A stretch of 63,436 nt of DNA, filler included, from Octopus bimaculoides (GCF_001194135.2; 5 parts of 4 records of this genome joined end to end with filler, not necessarily neighbours in it); one strand, 5' to 3'; positions 12,330 through 25,134 are shown, counted from the whole stretch's first letter. Made by a program: numbers and translations. The notes: a model not told the origin generated them from the letters alone.

Positions 12330-12391
12330 TTTCATTTAAGTGTACTTGGGCCTGGACAGTCAAGGAGAGGCCCTTGAGTATCTGCTCCTCC
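12330..12391 (-). other. Candidate 62-nt exon (EEQILKGLSLTVQAQVHLNE in its only open frame)
   Basis: Acceptor gctgaacttaatttctttttag|G, donor GAAA|GTGAGA; ends in phase 1, compatible with the 4493-4564 exon. Confidence 0.35.
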
Positions 12392-12589
12392 CTAAAAAGA
12401 AATTAAGTTCAGCACTCATGAATTTTGAAAGGATAACTCCTACCACCACCACCACCACCACTACCACCACCACTACCACCACCACCACCNNNNNNNNNNN
12501 NNNNNNNNNNNNNNNNNNNNNNNNNNNNNNNNNNNNNNNNNNNNNNNNNNNNNNNNNNNNNNNNNNNNNNNNNNNNNNNNNNNNNNNNN

Positions 12590-12625
<36 letters not shown>

Positions 12626-12803
12626 ATTGATATATATATGTATATATATATGTATATATTACATCACATTTCTTCCTTTCAATAATAAAATAATGAGAAA
12701 TCATTAAGTCAGCTTTCTCTTCTGACATTACAGAAGTGTGCTGATGGAAAGCAGGAAAGAAAAGTGAAATCAACATGCATCAATCAATGCAGAAAAGACT
12801 TAC

Positions 12804-12841
12804 AAATTTAACAAGTCATTGATACAGTACAGTTACAGTTG
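12804..12841 (-). other. Candidate 38-nt non-coding exon
   Basis: Long polypyrimidine tract ending ctccag|C and donor TTT|GTAAGT; stops in all three frames, so UTR or non-coding if real. Confidence 0.3.
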
Positions 12842-13318
12842 CTGGAGATGTGTGCAGTAGAGAGGTAGAAGAAAAACAAAATGTGAAATCTATTGAAAAT
12901 GCAAAGTATTTGATTAGAAAGAAAAAAAAATAACTATTTATAAACTGTAGATTTTTTTTTGTATATAATAATTTATCATCAAAAGAATATATATTTATTT
13001 TAATGTTATATTAAAATCCTAGTTGTATTTTCTTTTCTTTTTAATATTTGATTATTATAGAAGTAGCGCACAAGATGGTTGTAGAGGTTAGAAACTTGAT
13101 GTAAAACTTAGTTGTAAAACCTTATTGAATGCTTTATGATATTTGTCTTTAGTTAACACCAGGTTTGATAGCTTTACATCCTGTTACAGCTGCTTTTGTG
13201 TTGCTCACACTCATACACACATGCACACACTCTTAACGCACATTCACACGCATACACACTTTCACATGGAGACACATTTTCATGTTAATTACACATCTAC
13301 ATACACCCTTACACATTT

Positions 13319-13357
<39 letters not shown>

Positions 13358-14019
13358 CTTGTGTTTTGGTTTATATTTTAAGAATTTAAAATAAATTGAC
13401 CCCTAATATTTCCATGTTGGATTGGATGGGAGGTTTTGTAAAAAGTATGAATAATGTTTAACCACTCTAGTTAACCCTTAATGAACAGACCTATGATGAA
13501 AGGAAGGCAGTCCAGTCATGACCATCCTCTCTTTTTAATGGCATCTATGATTACATAAGCTAATATGTTCTTCCTTTTTCTAAGATGATGGAGTGTCATT
13601 TGAAGAATATTTGACTGCTAGGTTTAGCAGGTCAATCAACCTCATGGAGGCTTCCTGGTAACGCTTTCACCTATTGATGAGTCAAATGAATAAACAGAGT
13701 AATATCTCTTATCTTGTTATAAAACATAATGACCAGAGCAAAGATTGAACTCGAGCTTATATGGTTAGTAACAGTCCACCGCCATAATGTGAGAGGCACT
13801 GAATCTTCAGTTATCTCTCTCTCTTTCTCCACACACATACACACACACACACATACACACACATACACAAACACACATATATGCACATGCATGCGCATAC
13901 AGAAAGTAATCCAGCTGATGATGTACAAATATTACTTTTGGTTGAAATAAAATGATATAAATGAAATCTGAAAATGTTATTTAATCCTACATTTCTTTTA
14001 TGATAAATGATACACTCTT

Positions 14020-14156
14020 GGAGTGGTTGGCGTTAGGAAGGGCATCCAGCTGTAGAAACTCTGCCAAATCAGATTGGAGCCTGGTGTAGCCATCTGGTTC
14101 ACCAGTCCTGAGTCAAATCGTCCAACCCATGCTAGCATGGAAAGTGGACGTTAAAC

Positions 14157-14192
<36 letters not shown>
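14020..14192 (+). mobile_element. RTE-type 3' tail ending in (GAT)n
   Basis: ggttggcgttaggaagggcatccagctgtag...catggaaagtggacgttaaacgatgatgat; same tail as the RTE at 19350. Confidence 0.8.
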
Positions 14193-14358
14193 CTAAATCA
14201 GTTACTAGCAAACTATGGGCAGTAGGGCTTTCTGAATGGCATGCCTAACTAAAAATTACCATGGAATTTTCTTAGTAATGGTGAGCCATGTCTCATGCGG
14301 TCTGCTTCTTGAAAACAGTTGCCCATGCCTGCTAAAAATGTTGGTGTGATCTAGTAGT

Positions 14359-14419
<61 letters not shown>

Positions 14420-15149
14420 ACAATAACCTAACATAATACTTAAAAGGGAATAATGTTGGACTTCTCGATTGTATATGATATTGAAAGTGAAGTATGCATG
14501 ATCTTTTTAATGGATGGCTTTTGTTTGTTTAGACTCACTGAATGTTTGCAAAAAAAACAAAACAAATACTCCACTTCTGTTGACAAAAATGTTTTTAAAA
14601 ATTCAAGTTTTCAGTTAATTAATTTCAAGAATATTTAATTATCCAGTTATTTCTAATTTTTTGTAATGTGTTAAAATAAACACTTCTATATATATTAGTA
14701 ACAGAGGCAATGTTAATACACAGAGGTAATATTTATGTCCACTTAAACATGGATGTTCTGTTAGAACAAACTATACTGTAGTTATCACGAGGGAAACTCA
14801 TATTGGCTTTTGGTACAAAATATTACTTCTTGTTTCACTAAATCTTGTCAATGTTGAACAAGGAAGATCAAAATCACATGGTCTTGGCACGGAGGAGGCT
14901 GGGATTTGTCTCCCTGCTAGTGATATAAACAAGAGTGCATTTTGCACCAGTTTCTCTCATAGTAACTATTGAAGTATAGTCTGTGCTTAACAGAAGATCT
15001 ACATTTAACTGGGGAAAAATTTCAATGTATGCTTGTGAATAATTACATTGCAAGTCCTTCTGGTTTTATATCATATGCAGTCAAAATTTTTTTTTTTCCA
15101 TAATCTGAAAATGAAATTTTAACAGTTTAGTAGGATTTAGATATAAACT

Positions 15150-15420
15150 TAGATTTGTGATGTGCCCCAGCACTCATAAGACTGGAGTTTGACCCAGTTT
15201 CCATGACATAAAAGTGACTGAGATTGCAATACTCACCCTTGAATGGGATGCTGATCTGTCACAAGGTTAACTTCACAGCTATTGTTGAAACTCATTTACA
15301 GCTTAGTGGTCTGGTAAAGCATGAAATGAAGAGTTTTGTTGAAGAATACCATGCACTGCCTTGTCTGGGAATTGAAACCATGTTTTCATGATCAGGAATG
15401 CAACACCCTAACCACTCAGC
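15150..15420 (-). mobile_element. SINE family C copy (tRNA head plus CORE-like segment)
   Basis: ctgagtggttagggtgttg...ggtttcaattccc head, then gtattcttcaacaaaactcttcatttca; homologous to 45570-45898. Confidence 0.65.
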
Positions 15421-15547
15421 AATGTAAAGACAAGGTTTTTTTGCTAATGATTGGCCAGTTTTGGTTGTCTACAGTCATGTCAACACTGTGTATATGATAT
15501 GTCAGTTCAATACCAATGTATCTTTGTCTGGTTGTTGTTGCTTTCAG

Positions 15548-15606
15548 TCACTTTCATCACTTCTGGTACAATGAAAAAACTCATACAAACATTACAAATG
15601 AATAAG
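15548..15606 (+). CDS. Isolated candidate plus-strand exon VTFITSGTMKKLIQTLQMNK
   Basis: Acceptor gttgttgctttcag|T, donor AAG|GTCAGA; open in phase 1-0; no partner exons identified. Confidence 0.2.
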
Positions 15607-15629
15607 GTCAGATTGTTTGCTCTGTGGAA

Positions 15630-15672
<43 letters not shown>

Positions 15673-16622
15673 TGATGATAATAATAATAATAATAATAAT
15701 GATGATGATAATAATAATAATAATAATAATGATATTTAAAAATGATTGATGTAACTCTTCACAATATTTTATTGGTCGATAGCTTGCCTGTCTTTGTTGA
15801 GTTCAAAATGAAAAGTGATACACAGAAATTCAAAATTATTTGAATGCAAAACTTCTGCAATCCCATGTTGACAGAATGACATCATCAGTCTTCAATTATC
15901 AATTTTACAACTGGCAAAAGGAAAAAGAAAGAAAGAAACAGAAAAAAAAGAAAATGAAGAACAATATTTAGTCAAACAGTTTTGTGTAAATATGATGAAA
16001 TTCCCCTGTCATTTTATTCATTCCTTCAAGGCATGATGTTAATAACTCATATATTTGTCCTCATGCATTTTGAGGTCTGGAAAGTGTAGTAGATTCAGAA
16101 TATTTTCTGAGAATATGCACTTTCAAGTTTTTTTTTCAATATTGCAGCCATTTGATGTAAAATGTTAAGCAAGTTCTGTCAAACTACTGCTATTGTGCCT
16201 GATGTCATACATGTGTCCAATGAATCTTTTGTTTAATTGTTCTGTTGTACAACCAACATAAATCAAGTTGTGTTTGGTGCATTCTGCTGCATACACCAAA
16301 TGGCAATCTCTATACATCCCACATTTCTGTTATGATTACTGATGGAATTGACTTGACTCATGTTGTTGCACAATGAACAGGGCTTACCTCTCCTGCAGCT
16401 ATTTTTCAAAATACAGCATTCAAAAACTCCAATGTTAGTTTTCTTGGAGTCAGCGGTAGAGGTTAATAGTTTTCATTTTTTTTTTTTTCCATCTAAAGGC
16501 TACAATAGGTGCCTGAGGGAATATTTGTTTGAAATGAGGGTATTTTTCTGCAACATGCTGGTAACTTTCATGTAATACTTTTGAAATGCTAGTGAAATTT
16601 TGGTGCCAGTTAACCACTAAAG

Positions 16623-19068
16623 TAGGGATATCCAACCTTTTTTCCTAGTGGGCCAAATTATAAATTTAAGTATATTTACTGAGCCACAAATATACTTAGA
16701 TATAAACTTTTAAAAAGTTCAAGATATAGTGAATAAATGTTTTTAATAACAAATATAAATACAAAATAATGTGTTATTGACAGTAAAATGAAATTACACT
16801 TACACAAAATAAAATCAATGCAATTTTTGGCATTGCTTTCCTTTTATGATATTCTCAATATTTGCTTTTATGGTACTATTCTTTACTCTAAGAATGTTAG
16901 TTAAATGGCAATCACTCAGCCTATTTCTTTCAGCAGTTTTGATGTTTTTCATACGCGAAAATAATTGTTCACAGCAGTATGTACTTCCCCACATGCACAA
17001 TAGTTTTCTAGCTAAATTGGCAATCTGATCAAATTCATTGAAAGAAAGTAATTTCTTGTAAAAGTCAAGAAGGGCATATTCTCTATAAGTTTTCAAAGAT
17101 TCTCTGCTTTGAAGCTTAATGAGTTCTAACTGGTATTTGACTGATGCTTCCAAAAAATAAATGTAAATGGAGCACTCAACAATTTTAGTTCAGTTTCTAT
17201 CTTTCTGAAGTCAGAAATTCTGGTTGTAAAATCTTCTACCAAAGCTTCACATAATTTAGTGTATTTTTCAAAGTTCACAGGAAATTATTCTTGTCTTTTA
17301 GATAAATTCTGAAAATGTACAATTTCTCCACCCTTCAATTGTATTATAAAAAGTTCTAATTTTTTAGTAAAATTTGTTATTCACTCAAACATTGAACATA
17401 ACTGCGCTTTTCCTTGTAAATGCAAATTAAGTTCAGCTAACATTTCAGTGATATTTGCTAAGGAGGACAGATCATTCAACCATTCTTCATTTGCTAAAAT
17501 TCTACATTTTGCTTTTTGTTTTTGCATGAACTGTTTTATTTCAGGCAACAATAACTGAAATCTATTCAAATTTTCTGCTTGACTGAGCTATCTGATTTTT
17601 GAGAAATAAATAACATCTTCATACTCACTGCCAACTTCTACCAAGTATGCTTTGAATGTACGATGGTTCAAGCCCCAAGATCTGATAAAATGAACAACTG
17701 TTTCATATTTAATTTTTGAGCACATAATTGCTGTTGATGAATCAAGCAATGATAGCTAAGTATATCATGATCAACCATTTCTTTGAATAAAGTAATAAAC
17801 CCATTATTTTTACCAGTTAACACAGGAGCAACATCAGATGTAATCAAATTAATTTTATTTCTATCAACATTGAACTTTTCTAATGATAATTAGAATAACA
17901 TGCCCAGTTATGTTGCTGCCAGTTGTACTCTTCATATGACACTTGTCCAACAATTCTTCAATGATAATAAAATTGGCATCAATTCCTCTGATGGAAATAA
18001 CCAATTGTGCAGTGTCACTTTGATCAGTACTTTCATCCAATGCTAAACTGTAATGAACACATTTAGATAATTGAGTCTGCAATGTACCCACAATACTGTC
18101 AGCTAAGTCATCAATTATTCTACCAATTGTCTGATGCGACAGACTCGTTTCATTAAATAAGTCACCTCCTCAGGACAATATTCATTAAAAGCAATTACAA
18201 TGCATTCTTTTATTAATTCACCATCTGTCAGTGGCTTACCCTTCCAAGCCAATTTTTCAGCTATTAAATAACTAACTTTGGTACATGTACCAGTTTTCTC
18301 AACATATTTTTTGAAATTGTTTTGTTGTGAACTAAGTTTCTTCTTTCCTTCTTTCTCCGTTTAATCCATTATATTGTGACTTATGTTTGGCAGCACAGTG
18401 ACGCTTAATATTATATTCTTTGCATACAGCAATTTTATCATTACATATGAGGTAGATAATATTATTGCATGTTTCAATTACGAAATATTTTTCTGTCCAT
18501 AGGATATTGAATTTTCTCTTCACTTCTGTTATTTTACTCTTCTTAGTATCAGATGTCATGACTAAATAATGGGCTATTAAAATTAACAATTAAAATTATT
18601 ACGTAATCATGCTGATATTAATATTCCAGAAATCAGAAACAAATAAAGAATAAATAGGATCTTCCTCATAAAGCATTAGCATTAGGCTTAGCCTAGACTA
18701 GAAACACTGAAGTCACTATCACTTGATATTGTAAACAAGGTGAGGAAATAACACAATCAATATTGATCCAACCGCAAAAGATTTGAAACTGAAACAATGG
18801 TTGTTAATTATACATCAACAAAATGGCTGACTCTACGATGTAGAGTCAGCCATTCTACATCATAAACCCCACAGCCTCCCTCGTTTTACCTCCTATTGAG
18901 GTTTTCATTGGTCCATTCAAAATAACATACTCCGAGAAAAATTTTCTCATACATTATCAAAGTAAATGAAAATACAACTAGAAAATAACATGTAAAATTA
19001 GAATTGCCAATGGGCCACATGAAAATACTAAGTGGGCCACATTGCGGCCCATGGGTTGGACATCCCTG
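16623..19068 (-). mobile_element. Full-length hAT DNA transposon (Charlie/SPIN/GTF2IRD2-like), transposase disrupted
   Basis: 15-bp TIRs TAGGGATATCCAACC / GGTTGGACATCCCTG (13/15); perfect 8-bp TSD CACTAAAG at 16615-16622 and 19069-19076; fragments WTEKYF..C..KEYNIKRH, YSLALDESTD, ELNLHLQG, GSTYCCEQLFSRMK. Confidence 0.95.
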
Positions 19069-19349
19069 CACTAAAGGAATTCTATCACATATTTTACTTT
19101 GTTTGCTAAAATTATGCATGGAAGTTTGATTTTCCTTGCTAATTTTAGCTATGTCATTTTCAATTTTCTTTATTCATCATTCACTGTAACTGCATTTGAC
19201 ATAATGGTGTACAAAAGCATTTGCATGTTTCCAGTAATCCCTTATGTCAGTACAAATCCATTTTATCCTCAAAAATTAGGATTTGGGATTTGACCAAATT
19301 ATATGATGTGAATGATCGGAGCAGTGGTGGAAGTAAATGTGGGATGATG

Positions 19350-20174
19350 TCATCATCATCATCATCATCATCGTTTAACATCCGCTTTCCATGCTGGCAT
19401 GGGTTGGACAGTTCGACTGGGGTCTGGGAAGTCAGGAGGCTGCACCAGGCCCCAGTCTGATCTGGCAGTGTTTCTATAATTGGATGCCCTTTATAATGCC
19501 AACCACTCTGAGAGTGTAGTGGGTGCTTTTTACATGCCACCAGCACAGGGGCCAGAAGGGGCTGGCATCAACCTTGTTCGGATGGTGCTTTTTACATGCC
19601 ACCAGCATGGGGAGCCAGTCAGGTGACGCTGGCATCAGCCACAACTACAACTTTTATTTGATTGTGGTTTGATTTGATTTGATGTTGATGTACTTGACTC
19701 AATAGGTCTCCTCAAGCACAGTATGTTGCCCTACGATCCAAAGGTACCTTTTTGAGTAGGCTGGTTATGTGACACTGGTGTAGGCTACAGCTGTGATCTC
19801 ACTTTATTTGCCAGGTTTTCTCAGTCACAACAAATCTTCAGAGATCTCGGTCTTTTGTCATTGCCTCTGTGAAGCCCAACGTTCGAAGGTCATGTGTCAC
19901 CACCTCATCCCATGTCTTCCTGGGTCTCCCTCTACCACGGATCCCTTCCACTGTTTGGAAGTGGCACTTCTTCACACAGCTCTCCTTATCCATCCATAGT
20001 ACATGACCATACCAGTGCAGACGTCTCTGTTGCACACCACATCTGATGCTTCGTATGTCCAACATTTCTCTCAGGGTGCTTACACAGTCGTGTGTGCTCA
20101 CTGACATTACACATCCAATGGATCATGCTCGCTTCATTTCTTTCCAGCCTATGCATGTCTTCAGTAGTAATGGC
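19350..20174 (-). mobile_element. 5'-truncated RTE LINE inserted in the PLE ORF
   Basis: RRLHWYGHVLWM..GRGRPRKTWDEVV..DL C-terminus, 3'UTR and (GAT)n tail. Confidence 0.9.
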
Positions 20175-21794
20175 TGGGCTTGCAAAATAACTCTTTCACT
20201 ATTCTGCCTCCAGAAAACTTAACTTTTGTGTTCAAAAACCCAACTGAAAAACTAAATGTAAATTTTATTAAAGCCACAATTTTTAATACAACAGTCACAG
20301 AAATGAAAGAAGTTAATTAAACTATCCTGTGATACTTCCCAGAAAAAAAAAGACACCAAAAGAACTGTAACCAGAGTATTGGTTCCTGACTATGTAGGGA
20401 TTTGAATATCTTCAGTAACTGTGTCTCAAATTTTGTCATGAAGACATTGGTGAAATTAACTACCATGGGAGTAACCATGGTGCAACCCCTCATCTGGTGG
20501 TAAGATATTTGTCCAAACTTCATTGTGTTACTTTCACAAACCTCAATAAGCTACAGAGAAAATTAAATGGAATACTTTTGTTTGACTGTTTTTCAAAGCA
20601 TTCATGTATGTTTCCGCCCCTTAACCATTGCCAATACTAGGATATAGAGGAGAAACATCCATGGTTACCAAAAAACAGTTTTCAACATTGCTTCGGTGCT
20701 TAGAAAAGTTGCTGATTTTATACACAAAATCAAAAATATCCTGAATATAGGAACTTGATCTTTTTGCAACAAGGAGTTAAAAGCCATGCAACCACTCTGA
20801 AATTTTGACTATACAACATTCATATCTGCTGCAAGTTTGGCACATTGGAGGGAATTTTTTGAACTTTTTGTGTATTTTGGGGAGACCATAAAACACAGGT
20901 GTTCTTTTTCCTGACTGTAAACTCCTGGATTCAGCCTTATTTATGAAACTGTTTTACTCCATTTCCAGAATTATTTTGTCAAATTCCTCTCTGTAATTGG
21001 GATTTGGATCAACAGGTAATTTTTCATATGAAGTTTTGTCACTTAAAACTTCTTCACAAGCTAAAATATATTCATTCTTGTCCATAATTACAATAGCACC
21101 TCCCTTATCTGCCATTTTAATAACAATAGAATCATTATTAGCTAGACAGCAGAGTGTGTAATGCTGGGAGTTTGTGAGGTTCCAAGACTTTTAAAACTTC
21201 TTTCCACTTGTTTTAAAGCTTTCCCTAATACCTGCTTGACAAGATTTAAGAAATTCCAGTAGTGCTTGTGAACGTCTATCCCAAACTTTATCTGGATAAC
21301 AATTGGGATTCTTTTCAATCCAATCATCATTTTTATTTTCAGTAATTATAGGGTTTTCTGACACCTTGCTATCATCTAAAAAAAATATTCCTTCAGCTTG
21401 TGACAGCGGACAAACTGAAATAACCCTTGAGCTAGTTTATTTTTGCCGAAATACTTAATGCTTGGGCAGAAACTCAGTCCAAGATGTCAGACTGAGATAT
21501 CATCCGGTGAAAGTTTTAGTTTAGATAAATTTATGACCGACTTATTCTCTAGTGTGATGGATTTTCTTGGACAAGTGTTTTTCATTCTTACTTTCATTAG
21601 ATTTCTGACTATCCTTAGAGTTTTGCTTGATTTCTTCACTTAAAACATGAAACCTATTGGGTGACAAAAATTGTTTTGAATGTTTAGAAGAGATTTATGC
21701 TGGCATTTACAGGTTACTGAAAGTTTTTTCTTCTTCAAAATTTGTTTTTATTTTTGGTTTTAAATAAATGATATCAACAAGATAANNNNNNNNN

Positions 21795-22340
21795 NGAAGG
21801 GCAGAACAAGTTCTTGCAGAGGGATCTGCATTGCTACACACATCTACTAGGGGAAAGAGTAGGGAGGAGAGAAAAAAACCCCCAGAAAATGATCAGGAGC
21901 TGCAAGACATATTTATACAAAACTGTTTGACTCTCTCTCTTTTACTCTTTTATTTGTTTCAGTCATTTGACTGCAGTCATGCTGGAGCACTGCCTTTAGT
22001 CGAGCAAATTGACCCCAGGACTTATTCTTTAGAAGCCTTGTACTTATTCTATTGGTCTATTTTGCCGAACTGCTAAGTTACGGGGACGTAAACACACCAG
22101 CATCAGTTGTCAAGCAATGTTGAGGGGACAAACACAGACACAAACATATACACACACACACTCTATATATATATATATATATATACATATATACGACAGG
22201 CTTCTTTCAGTTTCCGTCTACCAAATCGACTCACAAGGCTTTGGTCAGCCCAAGGCTATAGTAGAAGACACTTGCCCAAGGTGCCATGCAGTGGGAATGA
22301 ACCCGGAACCATGTGGTTGGTAAGCAAGCTACTTACCACA
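21795..22340 (-). mobile_element. Short repeat segment (about 21795-21910, homologous to 26065-26180) followed by a SINE B copy
   Basis: gaagggcagaacaagttcttgcagagggatctgca shared with 26065-26180; SINE B with internal (TA)n at about 22165-22190. Confidence 0.75.
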
Positions 22341-22491
22341 ATATTATTATTCTTTTTCTTTTTTCGCCTTTTGCCTTTTGCCAGTCGTAAAATTGATAAT
22401 TGAAGACTGATGATGTCATTCTTTCAACGTGGGAACACAACTTCTGTTTTTATGTTCATATAATTTTGAATCTCTGTGTAACACTTTTCAT

Positions 22492-22536
22492 TTTGAACTT
22501 GATAAATATAGGCAAGCTGTTGAAATATCGTTCAAA
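22492..22536 (+). ncRNA. Degenerate type-I hammerhead ribozyme in the inverted PLE terminal repeat
   Basis: TTTGAAC-[TTGATAA]-A-TATAG/GCAAG/CTGTT-GAAA-TA-TC-GTTCAAA: perfect 7-bp stem I; core differs from CTGATGA at two positions. Confidence 0.6.
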
Positions 22537-22636
22537 CCAATAAAATATCTATTTCATTGAATCACATCACACTCTTCATATTGTCTAATAATAATAATAA
22601 TAATAATGATGATGATGATGATGATGATGATGATTA

Positions 22637-25090
22637 AGGTCAACAGTTCTGGGGTAAGATACGAAGCAAGCAAGAACAACATAATACTGCAGCTGAATGA
22701 TCTGCGGCACGGAGTAAACAGATCTTTATTCCCAGCAAGAGGCTATCCACTTCACAGAAGACATTATCAGAAATGTGAGTAAAATGATAAGCACTTGGAA
22801 AGCAGCAGGACCTGATGGTGTACAAGGATTTTGGATAAAAAAAGTTCAGTATCTGCCATAAATTGATCGCAGAGCAATTTAATGCAATGATTGATGGAGA
22901 AGAAGAAATCTCAGGTTGGATGACAAAAGGACGAACAGTGTTGTATCTGAAGGATGCACCAAAACGAAATGCTGCCGATAATTACAGGCCAATTTTTTGC
23001 CTCCCATAAATGTGGAAATTACTAAAGAATAAAAAGTTTAGAATGGTACAACAATGCACTATAGACCAAAAATGGACTATATACCTGTTGTAATTTGATT
23101 ATCTATAGTCTGATGATATTTCGGAATTACAATTCCTTCTTCAGATCTTCTTAGCTGGAGTCTCTGCTATCAGGAAGAATTGCAGAAGACCTGTACACAT
23201 TTCTTGATGAGAACGGTATGTTACAGACGGAACAAAACAGTTGCAGAAGGAAATGCAGAGGTACCAAAGACCAATTATTGATAAACAAAATGGTAATGCA
23301 AGATCGTAAATGAAGAACAAATTTGGGAATGGCCTGGATTGACTATCACAAAGCTTATGATGAGATTCCACATTCATGGATCATTGAGTGCTTAGATTTG
23401 TTTGGAATTGTGAGAAATGTAATGTGTTTTCTGAAGAGATGTATGGTGGGGTGGAAAACTGAGTTGACATATCACGGAAAAAGCTTGGGCACCTGGGCAT
23501 CAGAAGAGAAATTTTCCAGTGTGATAGCTTATGTCTGTTGCTTTTTGTTCTCTGCATGACCCCTCTGACCTTGGTACTTAGGAAAATGAACCTGGGATAT
23601 CAGCTAAAGGGAAAATCTCAAACAATCAACCAACTCCTCTTTATGGATGATTTGAAGCTGTGTGGCAAGGATGAGCTACTAGTGAGTTCCTTGGTGAACA
23701 TGGTCCACTGTCTTAGTGCTGATATTAGAATGGAATTCGGACTCAAGAAGTATTGAATAATGTACCTAAATAGAGGCAAGGTACAATCCCTAGAATTGCA
23801 ATGGAAGGCTGCAAATACCTTGGCATACTAGAGTTCAACAAGATAATGGAGAGGGAAATGAAAGTGTAACTGAGGATGCAATATTTCTGAAGACTAAGAT
23901 TGGTGTTGCACTCAAAATTGACAAGAAGGAATAAAATCCAAGCAGTTAATACATGGGTGATAAGGTCACTTTGGTATGAAGCTGGAATCATGAAATGGCA
24001 AAAGAAAGAACTGATGAACATGGATACAAAGACAAGAAAAACGTTGACAGTGCATGGAGCCTTCCCCACTAAGAGTGATACTGATAGGCTGTACTTGTCC
24101 AGAAGAAAGAGTGGGAGAGGTTTAATCAGCTGCCAGGATTGTATCAAAGCAGAAGAAAACAGCTTAGGGTGGTATGTAAAGAATACTGTGGAATCAGTGT
24201 TGAAACATATGAAGAAACATGTGAAGAAGGCTGGTGTCATTAAAACTGTAAAGAAAGAAAAGCTTAAAGAGGAAAAAAACATAAAAAAGAAACAACATGG
24301 AAGGAGGAAAAAATGTACAGTCAGTTTGCAAGAGATACAAATGCCAAGGCAGATACAGAAGACCAGTGGCTATGGATGAGGAGGAGTGACCTGAAGATAG
24401 AGATAGAAGCACTCATATGCTCAGCGCAGCTCAAGACAAGCATTAAGGACTAATTATGTGAAGTGCAGAATTGACAACACTACCGACAGTGGCAAATGCA
24501 GAATGTGTGGTGAGAGGAGTGAAATAATATCGCTCAACGAGAATACAAAAGAAGCCATGACAATGTGGCAAGAATGTTCCATTGGGATCTCCCTGGCAAT
24601 CACAGCCTACAAAGAGCAAAGACGTAGCATGAGCAAACACTGGAAGGAGTCACCGAGAACGAAAATTGCAAAATCCTGTGGGATACAATGATTCAGTGCA
24701 ATCACCTGACCAGACATTGAAAACTGGACATTGTGGTGGAAAAATGAGAGAACATGCATGATAATCAACATAGCATGTCCCAGTGACAATAGGATCAAAG
24801 AGAAAGAAGAAAAACTGAACAACTATGACAACTTGAAGAGAGAAATACGAAGGTTGTGGTCAATGAGGAGAGTTGAAGTGATACCAACAGTAACTGGCAC
24901 ACTTGGAAGAAGTACCAGCACCCAACTACCATCATGGCTCTAAAAAATTGGTACAAATGCAAATGTAGAATACCTACAAAAATCAGCATTGCTTGGAACT
25001 GCAAAAAATCTTCACAGGGTTCTTGAAGCATGACTAGTAAACATGTGTCACCATAGTCTGTTGGCTGTGGACAGTTGACACTTTCCATCA
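22637..25090 (+). mobile_element. R4/Dong-clade LINE (RT + CCHC + restriction-like endonuclease), 5'-truncated, frameshifted
   Basis: NYRPI.CLP.MWKLL; RGTKDQLLINK; MAWIDYHKAYDEIPHSW; LLFMDDLKL; DRLYLSR..GRGL; CRMCGE; IINIACPSD; VIPTVTGTLG; flanked by (TAA/TGA)n. Confidence 0.92.
23112..23147 (-). ncRNA. Minimal type-I hammerhead ribozyme with intact core, inside a ~150-bp insert in the Dong LINE
   Basis: GAT-CTGAAGA-A-GGAAT/TGTA/ATTCC-GAAA-TA-TC-ATC; palindromic stem III (ATAT), AUC triplet; stem I only 3 bp. Confidence 0.65.
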
Positions 25091-25134
25091 TACCTAGCAA
25101 AATAAGTTGTGACTGCATCAAATGATGATAATAA

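Larger units (their letters stand above)
15760..22580 (-). mobile_element. Near-complete but decayed Penelope-like element (RT + GIY-YIG) with nested insertions and an inverted 5' terminal repeat
   Basis: VINLSKLKLS..LGLSFCP (about 21500); IKMADKGGAIVIMDKNEY (about 21100); GCTMVTPMVVNFTNVFM (about 20450); HIIWSNPKS.FLRIK (about 19270); FPQAPIVAFR (about 16510); LVYAAEC..LIYVG.T..LNKRF.GH (about 16280). Terminal repeat at about 15763-15921 (-) recurs inverted at about 22374-22548 (+). Confidence 0.85.

Noticed and set aside
12330-12391. QILKGLSLTVQ resembles an ABC-transporter pre-Walker A motif
   Set aside because: No GxxGxGKS follows and no other ABC exons are seen; treated as chance.
16375-16400. 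Strong minus-strand donor GAG|GTAAGC
   Set aside because: Lies inside the PLE ORF (CRRGKPCSLC), so it is not evidence of a host exon.
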